A stretch of 64,000 bases of DNA from Candidatus Marinacidobacterales bacterium (lineage in GTDB: Bacteria; Acidobacteriota; Vicinamibacteria; Marinacidobacterales; SMYC01). Positions 1 to 10,951 of the stretch are shown one piece after another. The stretch covers positions 4,128,001 through 4,192,000 of the forward strand of contig OZ250169.1 of the NCBI GenBank assembly GCA_965237955.1, given 5' to 3'. Each line of letters begins with the position of its first letter. The stretch's first letter is position 1. The notes beneath the pieces were generated by a model. It saw only the letters and a program-made list of their open reading frames with translations. It did no database searches and was not told the origin of the DNA. The translations under genes were made by a program, and so were the position numbers.

Positions 1-1032
1 CGACCGTGCCCGCCGACACGTGGCCCGGCCACCACGCCAGCGTCGGCTCCCGCATGCCGCCCTCCCAGGTGCTGCCCTTGCCGCCGCGCAGCGGCGTGTT
101 CACGGAGCCTCGGGATGCGCCGTTGTCCGAGGTGAACAGCACCAGCGTGTCGCCGGCCAGCTCCAGCTCCCGCAACGTGTCGAGGATTCGGCCCACGCTC
201 CAGTCCACCTCCTCGATCTGGGCCCGCGTGCGCCGCTCGACCTCGAAGTCCCAGGGCTCCCGGATCACGCTGTCCCAGTCGATCTGCTCACCTTCCTCCA
301 ACCCCAGAAACTCCCTCCGAGCGCCCCGCGGATGGTGGATGAACGCATGCGGTAGATACACGAAGAACGGCCCGTCCTTGTTGCGGCGAATGAAATCCAC
401 CGCCGCGTCGGTGAACTGCTGGCAAAGCAGCCCCTGGTCCTCCATGTCCGCTATCCGGCCCACCACCTCGCCGTCGCGCATCAGCGGGAGTGGCGGGAAG
501 TTCCGATGCCGCCATCGCTGAATCGCGGATGGTGCGGCCACATGTCGTTCGAGTACGGAATGCCGTAGTACTCATCGAACTCCTGAGCGGTCGGCAGGAA
601 CTCGGGTTGATCCCCGAGGTGCCACTTCCCGAAGGCCCCCGTCGCGTAGCCCGCCTCCCGCAATACCTCCGCGATGGTCACCTCCGACGGATGCAGCCCC
701 CACCGGTCCCCCGGAAACAGTGTGGCCTTCTGCGATCCCCGCGCCAGTCCCACCCGCCTCGGATAGGAGCCGGTCATCAGCGCCGCCCGCGATGGCGTAC
801 ACAACGGAGCCGCCACGTAGAACGACGTCAGCTTCATCCCCTCGGCCGCCATCCGGTCCAGGTGCGGCGTTCGATTCACCGCCGAGCCGAACGGTCCGAT
901 ATCCCCATAGCCCATGTCGTCGATGAAGATCACCACGAAGTTGGGCGGCCGCTCCGGCGCCGGCGCCACCCCGCAAGCGCCCATCACTCCAACCACCAGC
1001 AGCAGTCCCCCCAGCATCTTTCTGAATCGCAC
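1..1032 (-). pseudogene. Arylsulfatase-family sulfatase, one frameshift near 505-520, runs off window
   Basis: PNFVVIFIDDMG, CTPSRAALMTG formylglycine motif and GKWHLG; continues in another frame (PLPLMRDG...FTSDNG...GKGSTWEGGMREP). Frameshift could be a sequencing error. Confidence 0.85.
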
Positions 1033-1303
1033 GATCCTGACTCCACTGTTGTTCGTGATGCTCACGTGACCTCCAGCCAGCACCACCCTATCGCCCATGT
1101 CCCCCTTCCACAACCTGGGCCGCATCGCTCTGCACACCGCCTGCCGTCGCCCGACCACCCTCGGTGTTCTCAGCCTACCGGCGGTCGAGCGGCTTCCTGA
1201 GGCAAGAAGCTATATCGCGACTTCGGCGATAGCGATTGAGCGCCGTATTTCGCCACGATCACGATCGCCGCGATCATGACGGTGCGCTGGCCGACGGTGA
1301 CCA

Positions 1304-1528
1304 ATGGTTTGGAGGACAAACTTCATCTCAGCGGTCGGTCAAGGAAGCAGTGTCTACTTGACCAACCTCACCGGTCATCCGGCGATCAGCATGCCCAGTG
1401 GCTTTTTTCAGGGCTCACCCACGAACCTGATGTTTACGGGCAAGCTCTTTGGTGAGCCGGAAATCCTGCTGCTGGCACATGCGTTCCAGGCGCAGACCGA
1501 TCACCACTTGAAGCATCCCAAGCTCTAG
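1304..1528 (+). pseudogene. Amidase C-terminal fragment
   Basis: TNLTGHPAISMPSGF...GKLFGEPEILLLAHAFQ resembles the amidase-family C-terminus; no N-terminus present. Confidence 0.65.
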
Positions 1529-1657
1529 GACGGGGAATAAATCTCCGTGTCTCGGTTGAAGGCGGCCCAGGCGAACCAGAACGCAGAATACCGAGAAGCG
1601 GCGCGCGCTGCTGAGTCGGTGGTTCGCGTGGAGGCGGTAACGTGCGGGGTCCGGACG

Positions 1658-2968
1658 TCACCTCGCTCCTTGAGACAAGACAGCTTGCAGGCGTCGAGTG
1701 AGCGCCGTCGTGCGTGCTGAATTCAGGTTGATTGAGGCGATGACAAGGATGTCCTGATCCAAGAGTTTTTCATTCACGAAGACGCCAGGATCCCCCTGCT
1801 TCAATTCACGCGAGATGGCAAATGCTGATCGGCCGAGCCTCTCCGTGTTCAAGGCCAAGTGCAGCAAGGGCGATCTGTTCTTCGATCGCGGGAGGACTAA
1901 ACGCGGCTCAACGGGCAGACCTTGGAGGCCACTGGAGATGGCGTCCAGGTGTCTGCGCCCTTCTTCGGCGGCCGACTCGTACCTGCCGTCTTCGAAGAGC
2001 CTCAGCGCGGTTAACAAGCCAATGACCTCTTCTTTGCCGACCTTGAAGCCGCGACCGATGCCATGCCTGGGTATGCCGGAAAGCTTCGCCTTCGGGATCA
2101 GATCCTCGGGCGGATCCCAGATATCGAAATGCTCGTCCAAGTCCAGGTGCTGAAGCGCGACAGAGGCGATGTATTCCCGACGACCGCACAGGATCCCGCT
2201 CGATTGCGGTCCCCTGAGCCCCTTTCCGCCACTGGCCGCCACGAGGTCCGCCCCGGTCTGTATGAGCTGGCGCAGGTCGGGCGGCAGCTCACCCGCGGCG
2301 TCAACCAGCACGGGCACCTGGTGCCTGCGGGCGACCTCGACGACCTGCGCCAAAGGAGGCCGGTTGTCCTCAGTGGTCAGGTACGCGATTGCCGCCGTCT
2401 TGTCGGTGATGGCAGCTTCGTACTCCCAGGCCTCGGTGCGCCGGACCCCGGCCTCTGACAGGCGCTCGTTCATCCCCACCTCGACCAGTTTCGCGCCGGC
2501 CAGTCGGATCGCATGGTCGTAACCACTGCGGTGCTCCCGAGAAATGATCACTTCGTTTTTCATCCCGGTCGTGTCCGGCAGCCGTTCCATCTTCGCCAGA
2601 TCGAGCCCCGCCAGGATCGCTGCCGTGGCGAGAGTTAGACCGGCCGAAGCGCCCGATGTCACGTAACAGGCTTCGGCGCCGGTCGCCTTCGCGAGGTGTC
2701 GACTGGCCGCCGCCTGAAGCTCCATGAGCGAGACGGCATCGAGCGCTGCGTCAGCCATCGCCTGGACGACCTCCGGTGGCATCGTGGCTCCGCCGACCCG
2801 CGTGGAGCTTCCAGCCACGTTGATGATGGTTCTCACGCCGAACTTTGTGTAAATACTCGCTGGGTCGTTGCCGAGCTCAGGCGTCCCACCGGGCGTGTGA
2901 CCCTGACCCAACAAAACGCCACTCATCAGCAGGTACCGAACGCCAACGCCGATCCTTGAACCCGTCAT
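1658..2968 (-). CDS. SelA/DgaE-like PLP-dependent enzyme
   Basis: GVRTIINVAG, VLVDAAGE, SGGKGLRGPQ (PLP lysine), GRGFKVGKEE. Confidence 0.85.
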   Translation of the reverse strand: MTGSRIGVGVRYLLMSGVLLGQGHTPGGTPELGNDPASIYTKFGVRTIINVAGSSTRVGGATMPPEVVQAMADAALDAVSLMELQAAASRHLAKATGAEACYVTSGASAGLTLATAAILAGLDLAKMERLPDTTGMKNEVIISREHRSGYDHAIRLAGAKLVEVGMNERLSEAGVRRTEAWEYEAAITDKTAAIAYLTTEDNRPPLAQVVEVARRHQVPVLVDAAGELPPDLRQLIQTGADLVAASGGKGLRGPQSSGILCGRREYIASVALQHLDLDEHFDIWDPPEDLIPKAKLSGIPRHGIGRGFKVGKEEVIGLLTALRLFEDGRYESAAEEGRRHLDAISSGLQGLPVEPRLVLPRSKNRSPLLHLALNTERLGRSAFAISRELKQGDPGVFVNEKLLDQDILVIASINLNSARTTALTRRLQAVLSQGAR

Positions 2969-3289
2969 GTACGCCTCCTTGCGTGAGTAGTTGATCGACT
3001 CCTCATCGTCAGGCTACCCAACTAGCATGCGCCCGTCCTTGGGCACTCCCAGTCCAATCTGCGGGTCTCGTCGAATTCTGCTTCTCTGCACACGAGCGCG
3101 TGTAACGGGGCTGGGAGCTACCTAGCGTAATGTGGAACGGAAAGCTGTTGGTCAACCTGTAGGGGATTGTATCGGCCCCCGAGCAGAGGTTCAATCGGGA
3201 TCCGGAGTAGGCTCGAACGACCTGGATCGGAAGCCTGGCCCGGGTGCTTCGGCGAAACGGCGTGCCGAGAATCTCGGTCAGGGAAACTG

Positions 3290-6200
3290 CTATGTCAAGG
3301 GCAGTGAAAACGGCTCGAACTCTTCGAACCGAGGAAGGCCGGTAGCTTCGACAGCCTCTTGGTAGGCCCGCATGTCTTCTTCGAAGAAGCGATTGATCTC
3401 GGTCAGCACTTCTCGGAGCTTGGTTTCAGAACGGCGTAGATAGATTCGCTGGGCTTCGGTGGGCGCTTCCCAGCTGGATTGAATCGATCGATACACCGAG
3501 CCGAGGCGCACACTGAAGAGAACCGGATCCGGCCGGTTCCCCTGGACCTCGGGCGCAGTGATCCGTCCGATCAGCTCCTCGATGGAATCCTTGATCGTCT
3601 TCTCTCGCCCACGGATGTCCTGTGCCGCGGGATCCTCTTGGCCCTGGATGCGCTTCGAAATCCTCTCGACCGCTTCTCGAGCACCGCGAAGATGTTCCAC
3701 CGCTTTGGCCGCAACGTCGAGCTCCCGACCGACTCTCAGGATCATCTCTTCTTTGGCTCGCCTATCGGCCGCCGGAATGTTCTGACGTGGATCGGGCAGC
3801 ACCTCGACCGGCTTCGTGTCTTGTTGATCACCGTAACGGACGCGCAAGGTGTAGGTACCCGGCAGCACCAGGGGACCGGCTCGTTCCTCGGCGTCGGGAC
3901 CCGGTGGATCGGCTGAGGGGCTGCGGAATGCTTTTCGTCTGAGTCCCCAAGACGTCCGATTGACGCCGGGCTCGGCCGGCCCCTTTTGCGTTCGAATCAC
4001 CTCTCCGTCCTGATTGAGGACTTCCAGGATAACTTCGTCTTTGGCTTCCGATTCCTCGGTCTCCGGAGGATTGACCACGTAGGTGATCAGAGCCCCGTAG
4101 GGCCGGTTCTCACCTTGAAACTCAGCATGGCCCGGTCCGCGCAGTCCCTTGGTCTCCTTGACGACATATTGGATAGCATCGGGCACCTCGAACAGATGTA
4201 GCCGCTGGTCGAGGATGTCGGCGCCGCTCCGGGCCAGCGCTCGGAGTGGACGAATGTCGTCCAGCACGTAAATCGCGCGGCCGTGGGTTGCCACCACGAG
4301 GTCGTGATCCCTCGGGTGAACGATCATGTCCTTCGCCGAGGCGGTGGGAAACCCGTGCGTCCACTTGGTCCAGTGTGCTCCGCCATCAATACTCACGTAC
4401 AGACCGAACTCCGTTCCGAGAAACAGGAGATTTCGCTCGACCGGATCCTGTTCGATGACGAGAGCGTAGCCCCAGAGCTCATCCGTGGCCAGACTCCGCC
4501 AAGTTCGACCGAAATCGGACGTCTGGTAAACGTAGGGCGCCCAGTCGCTTCTACGGTGGTTGTCGAATACGAGGAACGCTTCCCCGCTCTCGAACGTCGA
4601 CGCCTCGATGTGAGGAATCCAGGTATTGCGAGGCACACCCTGGATGTTGTCGGTCACGTTGGTCCAGGTTTGGCCACCGTCCCTGGTAAGCTGAACGTTC
4701 CCGTCATCCGTGCCCACCCAAATGACGCCGCGCTCCACGGGTGACGGAGCAATGGTCAAGATGGTGGTGTGGTTTTCGGCGCTGGAAGCGTCGATGGTGA
4801 GCCCTCCGCTGTCCAACTGCATCTGTTTTTCCGGGTCGTTCGTCGTGAGGTCGGGACTGATGACCTCCCAACTCTCACCCCGGTCGGTGCTACGGTGGAC
4901 GAACTGGCTCCCGTAGTAGACCGTCTTCGCCTCAAAAGGGTCGGCGGCGATCGCCGCGTTCCAGTTGAAGCGTAAATGTACGTCCTCGGCGTGCGCCGGC
5001 CGGATGCTTTTCCGTTCGCCGGTTACCAGATCATAGCGAACCAAGTTGCCACCCTGTGACATGGCGTATCCATATCGCGGGTCACTCGCGTCGGGCAGCA
5101 CCTCGAACCCGTCCCCCGTATTCAACCGGTCCCAGTAGTAGTTGAAGATCCCTCTGAGCGACCACGACTGGCTCGGGCCGCGCCAGCAGCCGCTGTCCTG
5201 CACGCCGCCGTAGATGTTGTAGGGCGTCTCCATATCCACGTTGACGTGATAAAACTGGGCCAGAGGAAGGTTCTGGACGAACCGCCACCGCTCTCCCCCA
5301 TCGCGGGTTATCGCCAATCCGCCGTCGTTTCCCGAGATCATGAACAAGGGATTCTCGGGGTGAATCCACAGATCCTGATAGTCACCGTGAATCGTCGCGG
5401 TGGGAACGACGCTCCGGAAGGACTTCCCTGCATCCTCGCTCATCATGAGCTGACCCTGCAGCGTGTAGATGCGGTTCTCGTTCTGCGGATCCACTCGGAT
5501 GTCGGCATAATAAAAGGGGCGCGGATGGACGTCGTCCGAATCATTGATCAGGCTCCATTCGTATCCACCATCGTCCGAGCGATAAAGGGCGTTCTTCTCC
5601 GCCTCAACTAAGGCGTAGACGACTTGCGGACGACTACGGGAGATGGCCAGTCCGTTACGCCCCAGGTTCCCTTTGGGCAAACCGTCTTCATGGGTCCGTT
5701 CCGTCCAGGTTTTGCCGCCATCGACCGTCAGGTGAATACCGGAGCCCGGTCCCCCCGACTTGAAAAACCATGGCCAGCGACGGTATTCCCACATGGCGGC
5801 GATTAGCTTTTGGGGATTGGTCGGATCCATGACCAGATCCACCGCCCCCGTCTTCTCGTCAACATAGAGGACCTTGTCCCACGTCTGACCACCGTCGCTG
5901 GTCTTGAAGACGCCTCGCTCAGGATTCTCATCCCAGGTTTTTCCCATGGCCGCCACATAGGCGGTGTCCGGGTGGTGCGGATCGATCCGGATACGGGCGA
6001 TGCGCTCGGTTTTCTCCAGACCGAGGTGAGCCCACGTTCTTCCACCATCGGTGCTCTTGTAGACGCCGTTTCCCACCGAGACGGTATTGCGCGGGTTCCC
6101 CTCTCCCGTCCCCACCCAGACGACATCCGAATTGCCGGGATCGACGGCAATGGCGCCGATCGAATGGACCGGCTGATCGTCGAAAACCGGCTGCCAGGTG

Positions 6201-6493
6201 ATGCCTCCGTTGATGGATTTCCAAACCCCGCCGCTGGCCCCTCCCACGTAGAGCAGGTCCGAGTTGCTGGCCACGCCCACGATAGCGCCGATGCGACCAC
6301 TCATGCTCGCCGGGCCAATGGAGCGTGCCTTCATCCCGGCAAGCTTCGCGCCCTTCAGTTGGGCCAGGGCGGGTGTTGCACCGATGATCAACATGAACGC
6401 AAGCGAGATTGGCCACCGCCGCGCGGTGAGGGGTTGTTTGTAATGAGCTGAAGGGAAGTGCTTTCGTTTTAGATGAACCGATCGATCCGTCAC
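3290..6493 (-). CDS. Secreted VPS10/BNR-repeat glycosyl-hydrolase-like protein
   Basis: Signal peptide, RSIGPASMSGRI, many S/T-x-D-G-G-x-T-W Asp-boxes, 1067 aa. Confidence 0.85.
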   Translation of the reverse strand: MTDRSVHLKRKHFPSAHYKQPLTARRWPISLAFMLIIGATPALAQLKGAKLAGMKARSIGPASMSGRIGAIVGVASNSDLLYVGGASGGVWKSINGGITWQPVFDDQPVHSIGAIAVDPGNSDVVWVGTGEGNPRNTVSVGNGVYKSTDGGRTWAHLGLEKTERIARIRIDPHHPDTAYVAAMGKTWDENPERGVFKTSDGGQTWDKVLYVDEKTGAVDLVMDPTNPQKLIAAMWEYRRWPWFFKSGGPGSGIHLTVDGGKTWTERTHEDGLPKGNLGRNGLAISRSRPQVVYALVEAEKNALYRSDDGGYEWSLINDSDDVHPRPFYYADIRVDPQNENRIYTLQGQLMMSEDAGKSFRSVVPTATIHGDYQDLWIHPENPLFMISGNDGGLAITRDGGERWRFVQNLPLAQFYHVNVDMETPYNIYGGVQDSGCWRGPSQSWSLRGIFNYYWDRLNTGDGFEVLPDASDPRYGYAMSQGGNLVRYDLVTGERKSIRPAHAEDVHLRFNWNAAIAADPFEAKTVYYGSQFVHRSTDRGESWEVISPDLTTNDPEKQMQLDSGGLTIDASSAENHTTILTIAPSPVERGVIWVGTDDGNVQLTRDGGQTWTNVTDNIQGVPRNTWIPHIEASTFESGEAFLVFDNHRRSDWAPYVYQTSDFGRTWRSLATDELWGYALVIEQDPVERNLLFLGTEFGLYVSIDGGAHWTKWTHGFPTASAKDMIVHPRDHDLVVATHGRAIYVLDDIRPLRALARSGADILDQRLHLFEVPDAIQYVVKETKGLRGPGHAEFQGENRPYGALITYVVNPPETEESEAKDEVILEVLNQDGEVIRTQKGPAEPGVNRTSWGLRRKAFRSPSADPPGPDAEERAGPLVLPGTYTLRVRYGDQQDTKPVEVLPDPRQNIPAADRRAKEEMILRVGRELDVAAKAVEHLRGAREAVERISKRIQGQEDPAAQDIRGREKTIKDSIEELIGRITAPEVQGNRPDPVLFSVRLGSVYRSIQSSWEAPTEAQRIYLRRSETKLREVLTEINRFFEEDMRAYQEAVEATGLPRFEEFEPFSLPLT

Positions 6494-6508
6494 GATATTT
6501 CCTCCGAT

Positions 6509-6960
6509 CTACTGCGAAGGCCTGCGTGCACGACCGGCGCTCAGCACCGCGAGTACTCTCTGCGGTAGCGATAGGTCGACCGCGAGTTCGGGCACGTGAG
6601 CGATGTCAACGCGCTGAATGGAGGTCTCGTCCCCTCTGAACACGGCCTTCAACCCAACGGCTGAACGCCGCGGTCCCAGGTTGGCCTTTCGGTTATACAG
6701 ACCGACAGTCACCTCCGACCCGTCTGGTGCTCCCTTGTCCTGCTTGATGAACCAGGTGGAGCGAGCGCCGTTGTGCCAGAACCTCGATCCGAATGGTTTT
6801 CGATCGCCACCGTCCGACTTCGTCCCGTGCGCGATGTGAAGAGAGCCGATGACCCCAAGCTGGCGCAGAGCGCGGAAGTACCGACCCGCAACCTCAGCAG
6901 CCTCGGGAGGCCCGTCGCAAGCAAACGCAACTAGAAGCGCGAGCCGTCCCGGCACTCCCG
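6509..6960 (-). pseudogene. Fragment of a phage-like RecA/AAA (AAA_25-type) helicase
   Basis: LHIAHGTK...KPFGSRFWHNGARSTW resembles the C-terminal half of this fold; no Walker A. Confidence 0.45.
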
Positions 6961-7027
6961 AGCGTCGCGGGCAGCAGCACGCTGTTGCGAAAAAACTCAC
7001 GGCGAGTCGTCATGATGGCATGTGCCC

Positions 7028-8014
7028 CTAGATTGTTGCCGAGTGCTCGCGCACGTACTCGGCTTCGTAGTCATCGTCCGCCGGGCTGTAGTGAAAGAAC
7101 TCCGCGTACTCCAACCCGTACTGCATCCCTTGCAGCCGATCCCGACGGAGCGCGATGTGCTTCGTGTACTCGCGATTCGCGGTGTCGTCGTCGTCGCCGA
7201 GGATCGGCAACCGCCGTCCGCGCTCCGCAAGCTCCCGCCGGAGCCTCGCCCCGTTGTTGCCCGAAGGACCCTGAGTCACGTTGGCGAGATTGCAGTGGAC
7301 TTTGGCATCCATAAAGTCCGTCGTGTCGACGACGCGGTTCACGAGCTGGGGCCCGCGGGCATGGTAGTACTTGTCCTGCGGGCCGTGCGCGGTGAGCCCG
7401 GCCTTGAAATGTTCCGGATAGTCCCACTCGGAACCTGACATCCAGCACGCCGTCAAGATCGCCTTGGCGGTAACCGAGTGATCCGGATTCTTTTCGTAGA
7501 GTGTGGACGGGTCGAAGCAGATGACCGTGTCGACTTTCATCAGCCGAAAGATGAAGATCAGGCGCGCGCGCATCTCGAGAACCGACCAGCCGTCCATGTT
7601 GTGGTTGGGGTAATTGAGGAAGAAGACCTGATCGAGGCCCAGACGTTTCGCCACTTCGACGGTGTCGTTCTCGTTTTTCAGCGTGATGTCGCCGATCGAC
7701 CGGCCAACCCCTGCCATCGAGTCGTCGGTCAAGTTGATCAAGATACCGCGATAACCTTCGTCGATCAGCTTCAACACGGTGCCACCGGCGAAGATCGGGA
7801 TATCATCACAGTGAGCCTGGATGGCGGCGAGCATCTTACCCGCGTGGGGCTTTCCTGAGCGCTTGCGCTCGATGGTCACCTCGACGTCGTACGACACTCC
7901 CCTCTCTCCCGACGAGACCGGCTGGCGTGGGATCGGTTGTTCTTCCTGGGCCGCGCTTCCGCCGAGCAGCGGCCCACCAGCCATCGAGGTCCCTAGAAAC
8001 TCCCGTCGATTCAT
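7028..8014 (-). CDS. PIG-L/LmbE-family deacetylase with Tat signal
   Basis: MNRREFLG twin-arginine motif, AHCDD metal motif, NPDH. Confidence 0.85.
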   Translation of the reverse strand: MNRREFLGTSMAGGPLLGGSAAQEEQPIPRQPVSSGERGVSYDVEVTIERKRSGKPHAGKMLAAIQAHCDDIPIFAGGTVLKLIDEGYRGILINLTDDSMAGVGRSIGDITLKNENDTVEVAKRLGLDQVFFLNYPNHNMDGWSVLEMRARLIFIFRLMKVDTVICFDPSTLYEKNPDHSVTAKAILTACWMSGSEWDYPEHFKAGLTAHGPQDKYYHARGPQLVNRVVDTTDFMDAKVHCNLANVTQGPSGNNGARLRRELAERGRRLPILGDDDDTANREYTKHIALRRDRLQGMQYGLEYAEFFHYSPADDDYEAEYVREHSATI

Positions 8015-8025
8015 ACCGCCGCTCC

Positions 8026-8555
8026 TTACGCGCGCCGCCCGAGGATCTCCCGGAACCGGTCGGCGACAATGATTTCTTCACCCGGCTGCAGGTTGTACGG
8101 GAAGATACCGACGCCCTTCCGCGCGGGTCGGTACCTCTCCATGTTGGTGGCGATAATCCCGGGCTCGCCGTCTCGGAGCTCGGTCATGACGTCCTCGAGC
8201 GTCAGCCCGAGTGCGCTCTCGTCCCGCTGCACCGTCAGCCGCGGCGAGTGCGAATAGTCGTCGTTCGTCGCGTACTCGGTGACGACGGTGGGAAGTCCTT
8301 CGAGCCGGTCGCGAGCGCGCTCGAGCATGGCGTGGTGCTCCTCCCGCTCGGCTTTGTGGTCGCGCTCGTTCACGTACACCTCGACGGCCCGGAGAAGACC
8401 GACGATCTCCTCCTCCCCACCTTCGCGATCCGAGCGAAATGGTTGTGCGGAGCGCTGTTCGCATAGGCTGCGTCGATGAGCTCCTTTTTCCCGAGGAGCA
8501 AACCGGCGCACTGGGGTCCCCCGCAGATTCTTGCCGCCGCTGAAAGCCAACACGG
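8026..8555 (-). pseudogene. SelA-like PLP enzyme, C-terminal remnant with frameshifts
   Basis: AFSGGKNLRG, then GLLLGKKELI in a shifted frame, then EEIVGLLRAV; paralogue of 1658-2968. Confidence 0.75.
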
Positions 8556-8727
8556 TGGGTGAGTCTATCAGCCCTCGAATTGTGACGCAACAGCTCCCAA
8601 ACAGGGGTAGTGGGGTCATTCCAAATTTAACGACCCCACTACCGGCAGGCTCTAATCATTGACACCTCCACATCTCAGATCCTATGCTTGTCCTTCAAGT
8701 CCGACCTTACAAATCCGGGAGGGAGTC

Positions 8728-9141
8728 GTGGGAACAATCAATTTGGGTCGAGTGTTTCTGGGTGGAGTGGTGGCCGGTGTGATCTACTGTCTCCTTGCGC
8801 TGCCACTGATGTTTTTCGTTGGTGGTGATGTACTAAAAGCTCTCAACGTGGAGAGGATGTCCCCGCGGGTGGTTGCGATGGCGTTAAGCGCAAATATCCT
8901 GGTCGCAATAACGATTTTGTGGGTGTATGCCGCCATACGACCTCGTTTCGGCCCGGGACCCAAGACTGCCGTAATTGCAGTCGTCATCATATGGTGGACC
9001 ATCTTTGTGGTCGATATGTTTTTGATTGCGACTGGCCTTGGGCAGCTTGGCCCGTTCCTCCTGCTATTTCTCTATTCTTTGGTGGCCAGTGTCCTGGCCA
9101 CCCTCGTAGGGGCTCGGCTGTACCAGGAAGAGTCTGGCTAG
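8728..9141 (+). CDS. Four-TM membrane protein
   Basis: GTG after GGAGG; hydrophobic helices; YAAIRPRFGPGPKTA. Confidence 0.75.
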   Translation: MGTINLGRVFLGGVVAGVIYCLLALPLMFFVGGDVLKALNVERMSPRVVAMALSANILVAITILWVYAAIRPRFGPGPKTAVIAVVIIWWTIFVVDMFLIATGLGQLGPFLLLFLYSLVASVLATLVGARLYQEESG

Positions 9142-9249
9142 GTTCTTCTTTACTTTCTGCCTGAGTACAGTGTAGCGACGGCGACCTTGCACGCCTTGAT
9201 GAACGTGTCGCGCCAACGCGTAAGAATTTATTCTGCCTCTCCTGCCATT

Positions 9250-10467
9250 TCAGTGGATCCTCTCGAGGGTGAGACCGCCACAGTTTAGGTAGACGAGACT
9301 GATGAGAGCTTCGGCAGAGTGGAGTCCAAAGCTGCGGTGGCTCAGCAGCCGGATTTTGTTGTTCATTCCTTCGAGTCGGCCGTTGCTGAGTCTCCACGTG
9401 ACCCACGCGATGACGCCATCGAAGTGGCTGCTCATCTTCGCCGCGCGTTTGACGGGCTCTATCCTCGAGCTCATAGCGCGCCGCAGCCATCCTCGGAGAA
9501 ACTTCTTGGCCCATGTCTCGGTTTTGTAGGTGTAGAGGTCCATGAAGTTGTCGCGCAGAAGCATGGCGCGGTAGAGGCGACGATTAGCTCGCACCTGCTC
9601 GCGGAGCACCCGTTTGTCTTTCGCGCTGCGGTTGTGTTTGGCCTTGAGAAGGGGAAACTTGGTGTTCTTGAGGTTGCGCCGGGCAGTCCCTTTGAGCTCG
9701 CGCACCAGCTCGCGCCGGGTCTTATCCACGGCCTCGTTCAGATGCTTGACGATGTGGAAGCGGTCAAAGATCACCCGTGCCTGAGGAGCCTTTTTGCCGA
9801 CGACAGTTATGTACGGCTCCCACATGTCCATGCTGACCGCTTCGAGCTCCGCGGCTCTTTGTGGTCCGAGCTTGCGGAAAAACCGCAGCAGCGTCTTGGC
9901 CTTGCGCTCCTTTCCCGCCCAGACGACCCGGCCGCTGAGATGGTCTATTACCACTGTTAAGTACTTGTGGCGTTTGCGGTAGCTGATCTCGTCCATCCCA
10001 ATCACCCGCAATCCATCGAGCTCGCGCCGCTCATCCCGCTGCTCGGCAACCACTCGCTGGATGATCCGTCGCACCGAACGCCACGTCACTCGGAAATAGT
10101 TCGCTACGGCGCTGACGTCCGTCCTCTGTGCCAGCCACGCTACCTCTTGTTCGAAGCTTTTGGTAAAGCGGCTTCCCTTGTCGGCCCAAGGCACCTTTTC
10201 TCTGACCACTCCACACCGCCGACATACCACTCGTCGGATCGAGTAGCGAAGATAGGTCCGGACTCCGAACAGGTCCAAGTGCCGCCAGTAGCGATTGTAG
10301 CGATCTTTGTTCTTGCGGACCTTTCGTCCGCAAATCCCGCACAGAGGCTTCCTCCTCCGTGGTACTACATCCACCACCACTCTGGCTTTGTCCGCCTGGA
10401 AGTGGAAACCTCGGACCCACAGGCCTTGCAATCCGATGAGCTTGTTGACTAACGTAGTAACGCGCAT
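9250..10467 (-). CDS. ISL3 transposase
   Basis: CxxC zinc finger, IGMDE, SMDMW, DRFHI, SNGRLEGMNNKI. Confidence 0.92.
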   Translation of the reverse strand: MRVTTLVNKLIGLQGLWVRGFHFQADKARVVVDVVPRRRKPLCGICGRKVRKNKDRYNRYWRHLDLFGVRTYLRYSIRRVVCRRCGVVREKVPWADKGSRFTKSFEQEVAWLAQRTDVSAVANYFRVTWRSVRRIIQRVVAEQRDERRELDGLRVIGMDEISYRKRHKYLTVVIDHLSGRVVWAGKERKAKTLLRFFRKLGPQRAAELEAVSMDMWEPYITVVGKKAPQARVIFDRFHIVKHLNEAVDKTRRELVRELKGTARRNLKNTKFPLLKAKHNRSAKDKRVLREQVRANRRLYRAMLLRDNFMDLYTYKTETWAKKFLRGWLRRAMSSRIEPVKRAAKMSSHFDGVIAWVTWRLSNGRLEGMNNKIRLLSHRSFGLHSAEALISLVYLNCGGLTLERIH

Positions 10468-10594
10468 CGCGGGAACGCTCTTTTCTCTTTCGGAAAAAAA
10501 GATTCTAGCGTTCTCGCCGATGCGCATCTACACATGGCTTACCCTCTCAACCCACGGGCCTCACCAAATGCCACTGCCCCTCAGCGGGAGACAA

Positions 10595-10905
10595 GGCTGT
10601 GGGAAACGCCCCCACGGTTCTGGTCGTTCAGACCTTGCTCACGACTGAGTTCTCTTCGAAGCCTGGAAGGGCGTTTTCCATAGCCTCCACTAATCGAGCC
10701 CCCCCTTCCTTATTCCATATGAATTAATCTTTCTTGTATATATATCAGGAGGGGCCTGTGGGCGCTCGTGGGAAACGCGAAGCGTTTCCCAAGCGATTGT
10801 GGAAAACGCCGCTCCACGTTTGTACGTGCTCACAACCTTTCCCTAAACGCCTCTCTCGCCCGGAGTTTCCGGCGTTTTCCACAATCGCGGCAGCGTCCAT
10901 AGGCC
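10595..10905 (+). other. Two strongly base-paired non-coding structures inside ISL3
   Basis: Stem 10595-10611/10669-10685 and three-way junction 10753-10905 with a GCGAAGC hairpin. Confidence 0.7.
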
Positions 10906-10951
10906 ATGCCCTCCAACACAAATCAGATCCCCCGAAACGACAGGAGAACCA

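Larger units (their letters stand above)
9141..10950 (-). mobile_element. ISL3-family IS
   Basis: Ends GGTTCTTCT / AGGAGAACC flank the transposase; no target duplication seen. Confidence 0.75.

Noticed and set aside
8606-8643. 12-bp inverted repeat GGTAGTGGGGTC/GACCCCACTACC
   Set aside because: Single occurrence; cannot distinguish a terminator, operator or element scar
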